Assembly (NCBI GenBank): GCA_045593845.1
Contig: JAZNXK010000029.1
Location: 1-62,908 of the forward strand
From: Alphaproteobacteria bacterium
GTDB taxonomy: Bacteria; Pseudomonadota; Alphaproteobacteria; RF32; CAG-239
Reading direction: 5' to 3'
DNA length: 62,908 nucleotides
In this document: in pieces, positions 19,332 to 28,702 of the stretch
How positions within the stretch are numbered: position 1 is the first letter of the stretch
How the letters are laid out: each line of letters starts with the position of its first letter
Position numbers and translations under genes: made by a program
The notes under the pieces: generated by a model
The model's database searches: none
Told to the model about the DNA's origin: nothing
The model's input: only the letters and a program-made list of their open reading frames with translations

Positions 19332-21386
19332 ATGTCTGACCACGAATACAATGCCTCCAAAATCAAAAACAATACAAAGATTGAAAGTGTAATCAAAAGA
19401 GATGGCACAATGGTTCCGTTTGACAGCGATAAAATTTTTAACGCTATATTCAAAGCAGGAGAGAGTACAAAAGAATTTGGTGAACAAGAAAGCTATCTTC
19501 TTACAGGTCAGGTTCTTAAAGTGTTGGATCATAAATTTTCCGATACGATTCCTTCAATTGAGAGCATACAAGATATAGTTGAGCAGGTTCTCATTTCTGC
19601 TAACTACTTTGCAACTGCCAAATCTTATATATTGTATCGTGATCAGCGCAGTCGTAACAGAGGCGACCAAAAGGTGGTTGTTGATGTGGAAAGTTCTATC
19701 AATGAATATTTGGAAAGACTCGACTGGCGCGTTAATGCAAATGCCAACCAGGGATATTCTAACGGCGGTCTTATTCTTAATGTATCCGGAAAAGTTACAG
19801 CCAATTATTGGTTGAGCCATGTATATCCTGCTAATGTCGGCGAAGCTCACCGTAATGGTGATATTCATATTCATGATCTTGATATGTTGGCTGCATATTG
19901 TGCCGGATGGTCATTGAAAAATCTTCTTCACGAAGGTTTTAACGGTGTCCCCGGTAAGGCCGAAGCTGGTCCTGCAAAGCATTTATCTGCAGCAATCGGT
20001 CAGATGGTAAACTTTATGGGTACGCTGCAAAATGAGTGGGCGGGAGCGCAAGCATTTTCTTCGGTAGATACATATTTGGCACCATATATTCGTGCTGACA
20101 ATATGTCTTATCATCAAGTTGAACAATGCTTCCAAGAACTTATTTATAATTTGAATGTTCCTTCTCGTTGGGGTTCACAGACACCATTTACCAATTTTAC
20201 TTTTGATTGGGTTTGCCCTGAAGATTTGCGTGATAAACACCCGATTATTGCCGGTGTTGAACAACCGTTTACCTACGGAGAACTCAAACCTGAAATGGAT
20301 ATGATAAACAAAGCATATATTTCAATCATGATGCAAGGAGACATCAAAGGGCGTCCGTTTACTTTCCCGATTCCTACATATAACATAACCCCCGATTTTC
20401 CATGGGAAGATGAAAATACGGAACTTCTGTTTGAGATGACTGCAAAATACGGCTTGCCCTATTTTCAAAACTTTATCAATTCAGTCTTAAAACCGGGACA
20501 AATCCGTTCAATGTGCTGCCGCTTGCAACTCGACTTGCGCGAGCTCTTGGCAAAAGGTAACGGCTTGTTCGGTTCTGCAGAACAAACAGGTTCCATCGGT
20601 GTTGTAACCTTTAACTGCGCTCGTCTCGGCTATGTTTATAAAAATAACGAAACCGGACTTTTTGCTCGTGTTGATGAATTGATGAACATCGCCCGCACTT
20701 CTCTTGAAATAAAGCGCAAACTGATTCAACGTCTGATAGATAATGGTCTTTTCCCATTCACAAAACGTTATCTCGGCACGTTGCGTAACCACTTTTCTAC
20801 CATTGGTGTAAACGGCATCAACGAAATGATTTTGAATTACACTGATGGCAAGCATAATATTGCAGATGAATGGGGATTAGCTTTTGCAGAAAAGTTCCTT
20901 GATTACATTCGTGCAAAAATGGTAAAAATTCAAGAAGAGACCGGACATATGTATAATTTGGAAGCAACTCCGGCAGAAAGTGCTACCTATCGTTTTGCCC
21001 GTGAAGACAAAAAGCGCTTTCCTGGCATTATTCAAGCAGGAACATCAGAGAATCCTTATTATACAAACTCTTCTCAATTGCCGGTTAATTACACCGACGA
21101 TCCGTTTGAAGCATTGGAACTGCAGGCAAATCTGCAATCGAAATATACCGGAGGCACAGTGTTGCACCTTTATATGGGCCAACGCATTTCTTCGGCAAAA
21201 GTATGTCGCGATATAGTAAGACGCGTTCTGACCAACTATCGCTTGCCATACATTACCATCACTCCGACGTTCTCCGTATGTCCTAAACATGGCTACATTT
21301 CAGGAGAGCACAAATACTGCCCGATTTGTGATGAAGAACTGAGGGTAGAAAAAAGAAAGAACGCTACTTCAGAAGAAGTTGCATAA
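19332..21386 (+). CDS. nrdD: Anaerobic (class III) ribonucleoside-triphosphate reductase, large part with ATP cone, lacking the glycyl-radical tail
   Basis: VIKRDG ATP cone, IHIHDL, AYC, SMCCRL, NLEATPAES, YTGGTV, CPKHG...CPIC. Confidence 0.95.
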   Translation: MSDHEYNASKIKNNTKIESVIKRDGTMVPFDSDKIFNAIFKAGESTKEFGEQESYLLTGQVLKVLDHKFSDTIPSIESIQDIVEQVLISANYFATAKSYILYRDQRSRNRGDQKVVVDVESSINEYLERLDWRVNANANQGYSNGGLILNVSGKVTANYWLSHVYPANVGEAHRNGDIHIHDLDMLAAYCAGWSLKNLLHEGFNGVPGKAEAGPAKHLSAAIGQMVNFMGTLQNEWAGAQAFSSVDTYLAPYIRADNMSYHQVEQCFQELIYNLNVPSRWGSQTPFTNFTFDWVCPEDLRDKHPIIAGVEQPFTYGELKPEMDMINKAYISIMMQGDIKGRPFTFPIPTYNITPDFPWEDENTELLFEMTAKYGLPYFQNFINSVLKPGQIRSMCCRLQLDLRELLAKGNGLFGSAEQTGSIGVVTFNCARLGYVYKNNETGLFARVDELMNIARTSLEIKRKLIQRLIDNGLFPFTKRYLGTLRNHFSTIGVNGINEMILNYTDGKHNIADEWGLAFAEKFLDYIRAKMVKIQEETGHMYNLEATPAESATYRFAREDKKRFPGIIQAGTSENPYYTNSSQLPVNYTDDPFEALELQANLQSKYTGGTVLHLYMGQRISSAKVCRDIVRRVLTNYRLPYITITPTFSVCPKHGYISGEHKYCPICDEELRVEKRKNATSEEVA

Positions 21387-21427
21387 TTAACCAAAATATG
21401 ATAAACTTTAACTTAGGAGATAAAAAT

Positions 21428-21634
21428 ATGAACGTAGTAAATATTGAAGATGTAAAATTGGCAGATTCAGAGAGACAACCTTGCGAAGTATGGACTCGCG
21501 TAATGGGCTATCTTCGTCCTGTATCTGAATTTAACAAAGGCAAAAAGTCTGAGTTTTATTCTCGCCAATATTTTACAGAACAAAAAGCTGTTTTGGGTTG
21601 CTGCTGCGATCATATGGGTATCGCCGCAGAATAA
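21428..21634 (+). CDS. Stand-alone NrdD glycyl-radical domain
   Basis: CEVWTRVMGYLRPVSEFNKGKKSEF; AGGAGA RBS before ATG 21428. Confidence 0.9.
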   Translation: MNVVNIEDVKLADSERQPCEVWTRVMGYLRPVSEFNKGKKSEFYSRQYFTEQKAVLGCCCDHMGIAAE

Positions 21635-21637
21635 TCC

Positions 21638-22351
21638 ATGTCGGATAATATCATAAGAGTCGGCGGTGTTGAAACATTCAGCACCGTCGATTTTCCGGAT
21701 AAAATCAGCGCAGTTATTTTTATGCAAGGATGCCCGTGGCGGTGTCCTTTTTGTCACAATGCATTTTTGCAAGATGTTGATTATGACAGCGGTTTTATAT
21801 GGGAGAAATTTGTAGATTTTCTTAAAAGCCGTCGAAAATTATTAGATGGCGTAGTTTTTAGTGGTGGTGAACCTCTCATTCAAAAAGGCTTGGCACAAGC
21901 GATTAAGCAGGTAAAAGATATGGGGTATGCCATAGGGCTACATACCGGAGGATATAATCCTGAACACTTAAGCCAAGTTTTACCGCTTCTGGATTGGGTA
22001 GGTATGGATATAAAATCACCGTTTGATACAGATAAATATTCGCGTATAATAGGTATTCCCGCAGAAAAGCAACTGCCAAAGATCAAACAATCTCTAGACT
22101 TATTGATAAAAAGCGGTATTGATTTTGAATGCCGAACCACTTGTGATCCTCGCTTTTTGGACATAGAAGATATAAAAAATATTGCTGAGGAACTGTCTTC
22201 AAAAGGGGTGCAAAAATACTTTCTGCAAAAATACCGCCCGATTGAAAGCGATAGAACGACCACCGATTCGGAATGTGAAAAATTTTTCCTCAATCAAGAA
22301 CTTTTACAGGATTTACAAAAAAAGTTCAAAGTTTTTGATATTCGTAAATAA
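21638..22351 (+). CDS. nrdG: Anaerobic RNR activating radical-SAM enzyme
   Basis: STVDFP, GCPWRCPFCHN, GVVFSGGEP. Confidence 0.93.
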   Translation: MSDNIIRVGGVETFSTVDFPDKISAVIFMQGCPWRCPFCHNAFLQDVDYDSGFIWEKFVDFLKSRRKLLDGVVFSGGEPLIQKGLAQAIKQVKDMGYAIGLHTGGYNPEHLSQVLPLLDWVGMDIKSPFDTDKYSRIIGIPAEKQLPKIKQSLDLLIKSGIDFECRTTCDPRFLDIEDIKNIAEELSSKGVQKYFLQKYRPIESDRTTTDSECEKFFLNQELLQDLQKKFKVFDIRK

Positions 22352-22401
22352 TTAACCTTTCAAAGCTTAAAATATAGCAAAAATATTTTTGTCGAATTTT
22401 T

Positions 22402-22430
22402 TTGACAAAACAATTATCCTATGTTACAAT
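22402..22430 (+). promoter_or_regulatory. Sigma70-type promoter
   Basis: TTGACA-17 bp-TACAAT with extended -10 TG; GAGGAG RBS at 22451. Confidence 0.7.
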
Positions 22431-22463
22431 GAGTAAAAAATAACGATACTGAGGAGAGAAAAA

Positions 22464-24197
22464 ATGTCTAGAATCTTAACACCGGAAGAAAAAGCATGGG
22501 TAGAAAAAAATATGCCTAGTGTCGGAGATACCGTTGAAGATGAGGTTTATAAAAAAATTGTAGAGGGTATGAAAAAAGAATCAAACACATCTTTGATTGT
22601 TTCTGAAAGCGGTTATAATACAGAACAGCAAAATGATAAAAATCAAGAGACTCCAACATCCGGAACATCTCCTCTTGCTCAAAACAATAACAGAGAAAAT
22701 ACGGCTGTTGCTCTCTATGATGTTGATTGGGCTTTAGGCTTTTTCAGGCACTATGCTAAAGAAAAAGGATTAACATTTAACCGGGATATGGATGATTCCA
22801 CCAAAGTTTCCGGAGACTTTACCGATTCGAATGGAGAAGAATGCGGACGAGTCAGTGTAAAAGATAATAAAGCGACGTCAGATATCAAAGGAATCGAGGC
22901 ATTGGTTAAATATGCTAAAGAGCGTGGCTATGAAAGCATAACACTTGGTAGTTGCAGTGATGAATATGCCGAGGAAATGGCAAAAGTTTGCGAGGCTCTT
23001 GGCATGAAACTTATTGGTAAAGATGGGGAGAATCTTGAGCAGAAAAGAGAGCAAAATGTAGATAATGGGACTCCGGGTGAAATTTCAGTTTCCTCTGCTA
23101 ATCAAGACGAGACAAAAAATAATGATGAATTATCCAAACAGCCGCAACTGGCTTTACCTCCGGCACCTGAAGATGTCTCTAAAAAAGATAAATTACCGCC
23201 GGAAACACAGGAAGTAATCCCATTGGGCGGCGAAATTGAGGTAAAGGAGCAACCGAAACCTGAGCAACAAAACACAAATGATGCTGATAATAGGTATGTG
23301 CCGGATATGTCTATTACGGAGCAAAGACTGAAAGGCTATAAAGTAAATGATGAATTTATAGAAGAAACCAAAAAAATGAGAGAGAATCTGGCAAATCAGA
23401 GCGAAGAGAATAAACCAAAGGAAGAATTTAGAGTTTTACTTCGCGAATATGCCATAGCTGCAAAAGGAGAAGATAAGAATAAAGATGCAATAGCAAAAGC
23501 ATTGCAATATTATAATATCGACTCCATAACTTTCAGCCCTAACGGTGATGTCAGTATTACCCAAAAAACATTCTCAGAAAGGACGGATGAGGAAAAGAAT
23601 GAGATAAAATCATGCCATGACAAACTGCTAAACAAAGAAACAAAAGACAAGCAGGAAGAAAAACAAAAATCCCCCAAAGAACAGAATAATGAAGAGTTAC
23701 AAGAATTGAGAGCAGAAAGTTTCAAAATGGCCCCAAAAGTTGCAAAATCACTGCTTTCAATGTATTTGCGTTCGGCTGCAGAAAATATGGATGACTTCAT
23801 TACAGATACCAAGAAAAATGAAGAAATTCTGAGAAAGAATAATAATGGAGAAGTCGAAGTATCGCCCAGCCAAATCTTGATGAGAAAATATGCCATCGGG
23901 GTTGTCAAAGAAGATGCCGAAATGACTTCAAAAGCTCTAAAAGCCCTCCAATTATATGGTTTTGACAATATTCAGTACAATATTAAAACAAAACGAGAAT
24001 ATAATGATGAATTGGAGCTTGTAGAAAGTAAAGAATATGAATGTGTTGACATTTCAACCAAATTATATTCTGACAGAACAATTGAAGAGAAAAGAGAAAT
24101 ACATAAAGCAAACAAAGATTTGCTACTGACCAAAACTGGTAGCAACAAAAAAGGTAATCAAAAACAATCTGTTAGAGGCAATAAGCAAGAAAGATAA
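22464..24197 (+). CDS. Acidic hypothetical protein with an LPD7-like domain and an internal duplication; candidate T4SS substrate
   Basis: IEALVKYAKERGYESITLGSCSDEYAEEMAKVCEALGMKLIG; duplicated YAI...KALQ.Y..D.I...K.FS.RT.EEK.EI module; basic tail KKGNQKQSVRGNKQER; no signal peptide. Confidence 0.6.
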   Translation: MSRILTPEEKAWVEKNMPSVGDTVEDEVYKKIVEGMKKESNTSLIVSESGYNTEQQNDKNQETPTSGTSPLAQNNNRENTAVALYDVDWALGFFRHYAKEKGLTFNRDMDDSTKVSGDFTDSNGEECGRVSVKDNKATSDIKGIEALVKYAKERGYESITLGSCSDEYAEEMAKVCEALGMKLIGKDGENLEQKREQNVDNGTPGEISVSSANQDETKNNDELSKQPQLALPPAPEDVSKKDKLPPETQEVIPLGGEIEVKEQPKPEQQNTNDADNRYVPDMSITEQRLKGYKVNDEFIEETKKMRENLANQSEENKPKEEFRVLLREYAIAAKGEDKNKDAIAKALQYYNIDSITFSPNGDVSITQKTFSERTDEEKNEIKSCHDKLLNKETKDKQEEKQKSPKEQNNEELQELRAESFKMAPKVAKSLLSMYLRSAAENMDDFITDTKKNEEILRKNNNGEVEVSPSQILMRKYAIGVVKEDAEMTSKALKALQLYGFDNIQYNIKTKREYNDELELVESKEYECVDISTKLYSDRTIEEKREIHKANKDLLLTKTGSNKKGNQKQSVRGNKQER

Positions 24198-24250
24198 TAA
24201 TTATTATCTGGCCTAAACAAAAAAAATTACAAAAATTGACAAAAAAATAC

Positions 24251-24279
24251 TTGCCAAATGATTAAATTTGTGTTATAGT
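24251..24279 (+). promoter_or_regulatory. Sigma70-type promoter
   Basis: TTGCCA-17 bp-TATAGT with extended -10 TG; GAGGAGA RBS at 24301. Confidence 0.7.
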
Positions 24280-24314
24280 GCGCACAAATTAAGATTTATT
24301 GAGGAGACAAAACA

Positions 24315-26777
24315 ATGGACGTAAACAAAATTAAATCTGCACTTTCACTAGGGATTGTGTATGACGGAATGGATAGAGAGTTGCAAGATCTTCGTGATGC
24401 AAACGTTATTACATCAGAAGAATACTACTCTTTGTTGGGTAAATTGACCAGAATTGAAAACGACAACAACAAAGAAGAAAATACTCTTACTATCAGCCAA
24501 TATTCTTCCGAGCGTGAAGAAAATACCAAACCCAAAGAAGATAATACTGACACAAACTTAAACGATGTTTCAGGTAACCCGTTCACATCCACCTATACAA
24601 ACGAATCCGCAGAAGATGAAGCAGCCGAAGAAAGAACTAATGAAGAACCGGTATCATCTGCTTCGACTCCGAATGAAGAAAATAGCACCCAAGAAACAGG
24701 TGGAACAAAAACAGAAGAGTGGGTTTCTGACTATCACAACTATATGATGGAATGGTCAGCCCGCAATCCAGAACGCAGACTCGAAAAATTTGAAGCTGAA
24801 GAAACATCTTTCAAAGCAGAATTCAAAGACGGTGTAGCCCTCAATTTCTCCTCTCCTTCCAATGTTGCAGTGAAGGCAGCCGATCCCGATTCGCCTAAAG
24901 CCAGCGACTTTGATGCTTTGATTGAAATCGCCAAAAAGAGCAATCAAAACATTCGTCTCTCCGATAATATGTCTCCGGAGTTCCGCAAAGCTCTGATAGA
25001 AGCATGCGCAACTTCAGATGTTAAAATTGTTAATTTGTCAAAAGAAGATGCAGAGCTTTATTTGAGCTTTGTAGCCAAAGACAATGAAGAAACAACAGAA
25101 CAGCAAGACGTTGTAGATAACAGCAACGTAAGAGACGAAGCTCCGGCAGTTGAAAACGAGGAACCAGCCCAAGAAGAAACAGAAACCCCGGTTGTTGAAG
25201 ACGAAGCCCCTGCTCAAGAAGAAGCCGAGACTCCGCTCGTTGAAGACGAAGCACCTGCTCAAGAAGAAAATGCTCCAATTCCAATGCCGGCATCTTTCGA
25301 AAATGAAGCAACAGATGAAAATGATGAAGTTGACCATCTTTTTGACGGACTTGAATTAAATGATGTTGCCGAAGAAGATGAGGCTGATCATCTTTTTGAC
25401 GGACTTGAATTAAATGGTTCAGCCGGAGAAACTGCAAATTACTCTGATTATGTTTTTGATGAAAGTTCGGATCAACCTTCCAAAGAAACTCCTGCACCAA
25501 CTGACGAAATCTCTGCAGAGGAAGCTCCTAATGAAGGTTGGCTTCATAGAGCTTACAATAAGGCAAAAGACAAGGCTCGTGAAATAAAGGGCAAGGGCAA
25601 AGAAGTAAAAAAAGATGTATCCCAATTTATGGTAGGGCTTGGAACTATGGCAGTTGTAGCATCCAGTTGCGCTAATCCTAAACAAAAGCAAGTAACTCAA
25701 GATGTTATACCTGATACAATCCCTGAAAACAATTATGAAGAACGCACAACCCCAACGGATGAAAATACAATAACTTGGGAACAAGCTTGCGATACCGTTC
25801 CGGCAAAGTGGAATGATTCTATGGATATAAGCGAGAGAGAGTTCAATAAGCTACAAAAATTACCGAATTGGAGAGAGATATATACGAATGCACACTTATT
25901 AAAAGATACTCTCAAAATGAGTGAACTCAAGATTATTCGCTCTTGGTATAATGTTGTTGCTTGGACAACATCTCCAAATTCTAAAGGAGATGCCGATTAT
26001 AACAGCGGAATTTTAGCTCCCTATGGACTTGAAAATTTAAGTAGAGCCTTGAATTGCGGTGATACTCTGATTGTTGAAAATATCGAGAATTACAGGATAA
26101 TGTTGAATGCCGGTAATAATGACCTTGGCAAGGTAAATGCCTATACCCTGTCTGGTATAAGAGCGGGATTTGCAAATCTTCCGCATGATGCTGAAGGCTA
26201 TATAATTGGTAGTACTTGCAACAGTGTGGCATTTATTTATGATTGCGGTAGTGAAAAAGATGTACACTACAATATGCGCGCTTGTGATTGCCAAAATATA
26301 ACATCTCGCGTTGAAGTTGTTCTTCAACAAGACACAACCGAAGTTCAAACACCTGTTGTTGATACCGTTGCCGCACCGGTTGTTGAAGTAGTTGATACTG
26401 TTCAAACTCCTCCTCCGGCACCAAAACTCAAAAAGGTAAAGCCACAACCGCAGGAAGAATCGGTAATGGTATATTCCACTACAAGTCTTGGTAAAGCTCC
26501 TATCCACAAATTCATAAGTAGCTATACTGAAAATGAAAGTAGTATCAGCCAAGGTTCAAGAGCATCTACCAGAAGCTTTGTAAGAAAAAATAAGCGCCAT
26601 GGTGTTTATGATGAAAGAACTGCCGAAGCTCTTCAAGAGGAGGTTACCAGTCCAGGAACTTCAAAAGCGAAGCTTGAAGAAAAGAGAAGACAAGCCGAGC
26701 AACAACAGGATGATTATACCTACGAAGAAAATGGAAATACCTATAACTGGACCATTAACCAATCTGAAGGCAGATAA
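24315..26777 (+). CDS. Acidic hypothetical protein with an LPD7-like domain, tandem repeats and an internal lipoprotein-signal-like segment; candidate T4SS substrate
   Basis: DFDALIEIAKKSNQNIRLSDNMSPEFRKALIEACATSDVKIVN; VEDEAPAQEE repeats; K-rich stretch then FMVGLGTMAVVASSC452; ends NQSEGR. Confidence 0.6.
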   Translation: MDVNKIKSALSLGIVYDGMDRELQDLRDANVITSEEYYSLLGKLTRIENDNNKEENTLTISQYSSEREENTKPKEDNTDTNLNDVSGNPFTSTYTNESAEDEAAEERTNEEPVSSASTPNEENSTQETGGTKTEEWVSDYHNYMMEWSARNPERRLEKFEAEETSFKAEFKDGVALNFSSPSNVAVKAADPDSPKASDFDALIEIAKKSNQNIRLSDNMSPEFRKALIEACATSDVKIVNLSKEDAELYLSFVAKDNEETTEQQDVVDNSNVRDEAPAVENEEPAQEETETPVVEDEAPAQEEAETPLVEDEAPAQEENAPIPMPASFENEATDENDEVDHLFDGLELNDVAEEDEADHLFDGLELNGSAGETANYSDYVFDESSDQPSKETPAPTDEISAEEAPNEGWLHRAYNKAKDKAREIKGKGKEVKKDVSQFMVGLGTMAVVASSCANPKQKQVTQDVIPDTIPENNYEERTTPTDENTITWEQACDTVPAKWNDSMDISEREFNKLQKLPNWREIYTNAHLLKDTLKMSELKIIRSWYNVVAWTTSPNSKGDADYNSGILAPYGLENLSRALNCGDTLIVENIENYRIMLNAGNNDLGKVNAYTLSGIRAGFANLPHDAEGYIIGSTCNSVAFIYDCGSEKDVHYNMRACDCQNITSRVEVVLQQDTTEVQTPVVDTVAAPVVEVVDTVQTPPPAPKLKKVKPQPQEESVMVYSTTSLGKAPIHKFISSYTENESSISQGSRASTRSFVRKNKRHGVYDERTAEALQEEVTSPGTSKAKLEEKRRQAEQQQDDYTYEENGNTYNWTINQSEGR
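25149..25268 (+). repeat. In-frame 45-bp (15-aa) tandem repeat, about 2.7 copies
   Basis: VENEEPAQEETETPV / VEDEAPAQEEAETPL / VEDEAPAQEE. Confidence 0.85.
25323..25415 (+). repeat. In-frame 54-bp-period duplication
   Basis: DEVDHLFDGLELN and DEADHLFDGLELN; CATCTTTTTGACGGACTTGAATTAAATG occurs twice. Confidence 0.9.
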
Positions 26778-26799
26778 AATTTCTCCTCCGAAAAAAGTT

Positions 26800-26828
26800 A
26801 GCCCGATTCGTCGGGCTTTCTTTTTTTT
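26800..26828 (+). terminator. Intrinsic terminator
   Basis: AGCCCGA-TTCG-TCGGGCT followed by a T tract. Confidence 0.85.
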
Positions 26829-26830
26829 AT

Positions 26831-27916
26831 CTATTTATATATTCTCACAAATCTTGGATTTTTTCCGATTCGCGAAAGCACCTCATAACCTATTGTCCCG
26901 CTGTCGCGCCCGATATCATCGAGAGTATAGCATTCTCCGATAACTGTTGCCATATCGCCGATTTTCAGTTTCTCTACATTGGTAACATCACAAATAATAT
27001 TATCCATGGAAATTCTGCCGATAATCCTTGCTTCTTGCACAACATTTCCTTTGGTAAAAAACACTTTTCCCACATTAGAAAGAGACCTTGGCACACCATC
27101 TCCGTATCCGATTGATACAATTGCAATCTTTCTGTTTGTTGCCGCTCGATACGTTGCGGAATAACCAACAAAATCACCCTTTTCCAATTCGGCAATTTCC
27201 AATACCGGAGCCAAAATTTTTATACAAGGCAACATCTGATTTTCTCGATACGGAGCAGTATTAATGCCATAAAGTGCCGCCCCCAGACGGACAACATCCT
27301 TCTGATATTTTTTACCCAAAAAAGTGCCGTCCGAAGCCGAAAGAGAGGCCTTTGTATTCGGAAAATAAGCCTTTTTCAGCCTATCGAATTGCAAAAGCTG
27401 ATGCTCATTCATAAAATGGTCTTTTTCGTCACCGCATGCCAAATGCGACATAATCAATCCAAATTCTTTTTTATCGCTGTCACTTAATTGCTTCAAACTG
27501 CATTCTCTGAAACCCAAACGATTTAATCCCGTTTCCACTTGAATTGCAGGTTTAATCCCTTTAATTTTATGTTTTTTCCAAAAATCGAACTGTTCCGGCG
27601 AAGATATAACTGGTGTTAAATTGGCTTTTTCAAACGATCCCAAACTGTCTTCTCCGATTCCCTGCAAAACAAAAATTTGTGATTTCCCGACAAATGGTCT
27701 GATTTTTTCACCTTCAATCCCGTGAGCAACAAAAAAGCACTTACAACCGGCTTTCTTATATAGTGTCTTTGCCACAATTTCGGCACCCACTCCGTAAGCA
27801 TCATCTTTAACAACGGCAGCCGGCTCTGAAACGGAAGCAATTTTTCGTAAAGTTTCAAAGTTTTTGATAATATTTTTCAAGTTAATTTCTAAAATTGGTC
27901 TTGTCAAAATGCTCAT
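26831..27916 (-). CDS. alr: Alanine racemase
   Basis: AVVKDDAYGVG (PLP Lys), ETGLNRLG, MSHLAC, VRLGAALYG, VGYSATY, GYGDG, GRISMD, TIGYEVL. Confidence 0.93.
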   Translation of the reverse strand: MSILTRPILEINLKNIIKNFETLRKIASVSEPAAVVKDDAYGVGAEIVAKTLYKKAGCKCFFVAHGIEGEKIRPFVGKSQIFVLQGIGEDSLGSFEKANLTPVISSPEQFDFWKKHKIKGIKPAIQVETGLNRLGFRECSLKQLSDSDKKEFGLIMSHLACGDEKDHFMNEHQLLQFDRLKKAYFPNTKASLSASDGTFLGKKYQKDVVRLGAALYGINTAPYRENQMLPCIKILAPVLEIAELEKGDFVGYSATYRAATNRKIAIVSIGYGDGVPRSLSNVGKVFFTKGNVVQEARIIGRISMDNIICDVTNVEKLKIGDMATVIGECYTLDDIGRDSGTIGYEVLSRIGKNPRFVRIYK

Positions 27917-27961
27917 AACTGCTTATCATCCTTCCATAATCAACAAAAATCCGAATTTTGC

Positions 27962-28702
27962 ATGCAATATATCGATTCACATATACATCTTCAAGATTAT
28001 AATCAGGATGCTATCCCCGAAATGGTTAAAAAAGCCATAAATATCGGTATAAAAAGAATGGTTTGCGCGGGAACATCACCGCAAGACTGGCAAAAGGTTG
28101 CCGATTATGCACACAAATATCCCGACTTGATAATTCCGGCATTTGGTGTTCATCCTTGGCATTTTTTATCTGCGCAAAACGATTGGAAAGAGCTCTTGCA
28201 GTATTATTTATCAAAGTTTTCCAGTGCGCTTGTCGGTGAAATCGGAATGGATAAACTCAAACCGGATATAGAATTGCAACAAACAATTTTTGCCGAACAA
28301 TTACAAATTGCCAAAGCAAATAATCGCCCCGTTGTTATCCATGCCGTAAAGGCAATTTCATTACTTGCAAATTATTGGCATTTAATGCCGAAAAATTTTT
28401 TGATTCATTCTTTTTCCTCCTCACTTGAACAGTTACGCGAAGTCATCAATCACGGCGGCTATGTTTCCTTTAATCAATCAATTGAAAAAAATCGCGATTT
28501 TGAAAAAATTGTTCAAGCTGTTCCGCAAAATAGAATTTTACTTGAAAGTGACGGACCATACCAATCTCTAAACAAATCGGAGACTTCAACACCTCTTTAT
28601 ATCCCGGAGCTTGCAAAAAAAATTGCATCTGTACGCGGAGAAAATTTTGAGGATTTTGCAAAAATTATCTATAACAATTCAATGGAGTTTATCAATGTCT
28701 GA
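27962..28702 (+). CDS. tatD: TatD family DNase
   Basis: IDSHIHL, GVHPW, VGEIGMD, PVVIH, IHSFS, ILLESDGP. Confidence 0.9.
   Translation: MQYIDSHIHLQDYNQDAIPEMVKKAINIGIKRMVCAGTSPQDWQKVADYAHKYPDLIIPAFGVHPWHFLSAQNDWKELLQYYLSKFSSALVGEIGMDKLKPDIELQQTIFAEQLQIAKANNRPVVIHAVKAISLLANYWHLMPKNFLIHSFSSSLEQLREVINHGGYVSFNQSIEKNRDFEKIVQAVPQNRILLESDGPYQSLNKSETSTPLYIPELAKKIASVRGENFEDFAKIIYNNSMEFINV

Noticed and set aside
21386-21428. nrdD as a frameshifted pseudogene
   Set aside because: The downstream ORF has its own AGGAGA RBS and ATG, and nrdG and the NrdR boxes are intact
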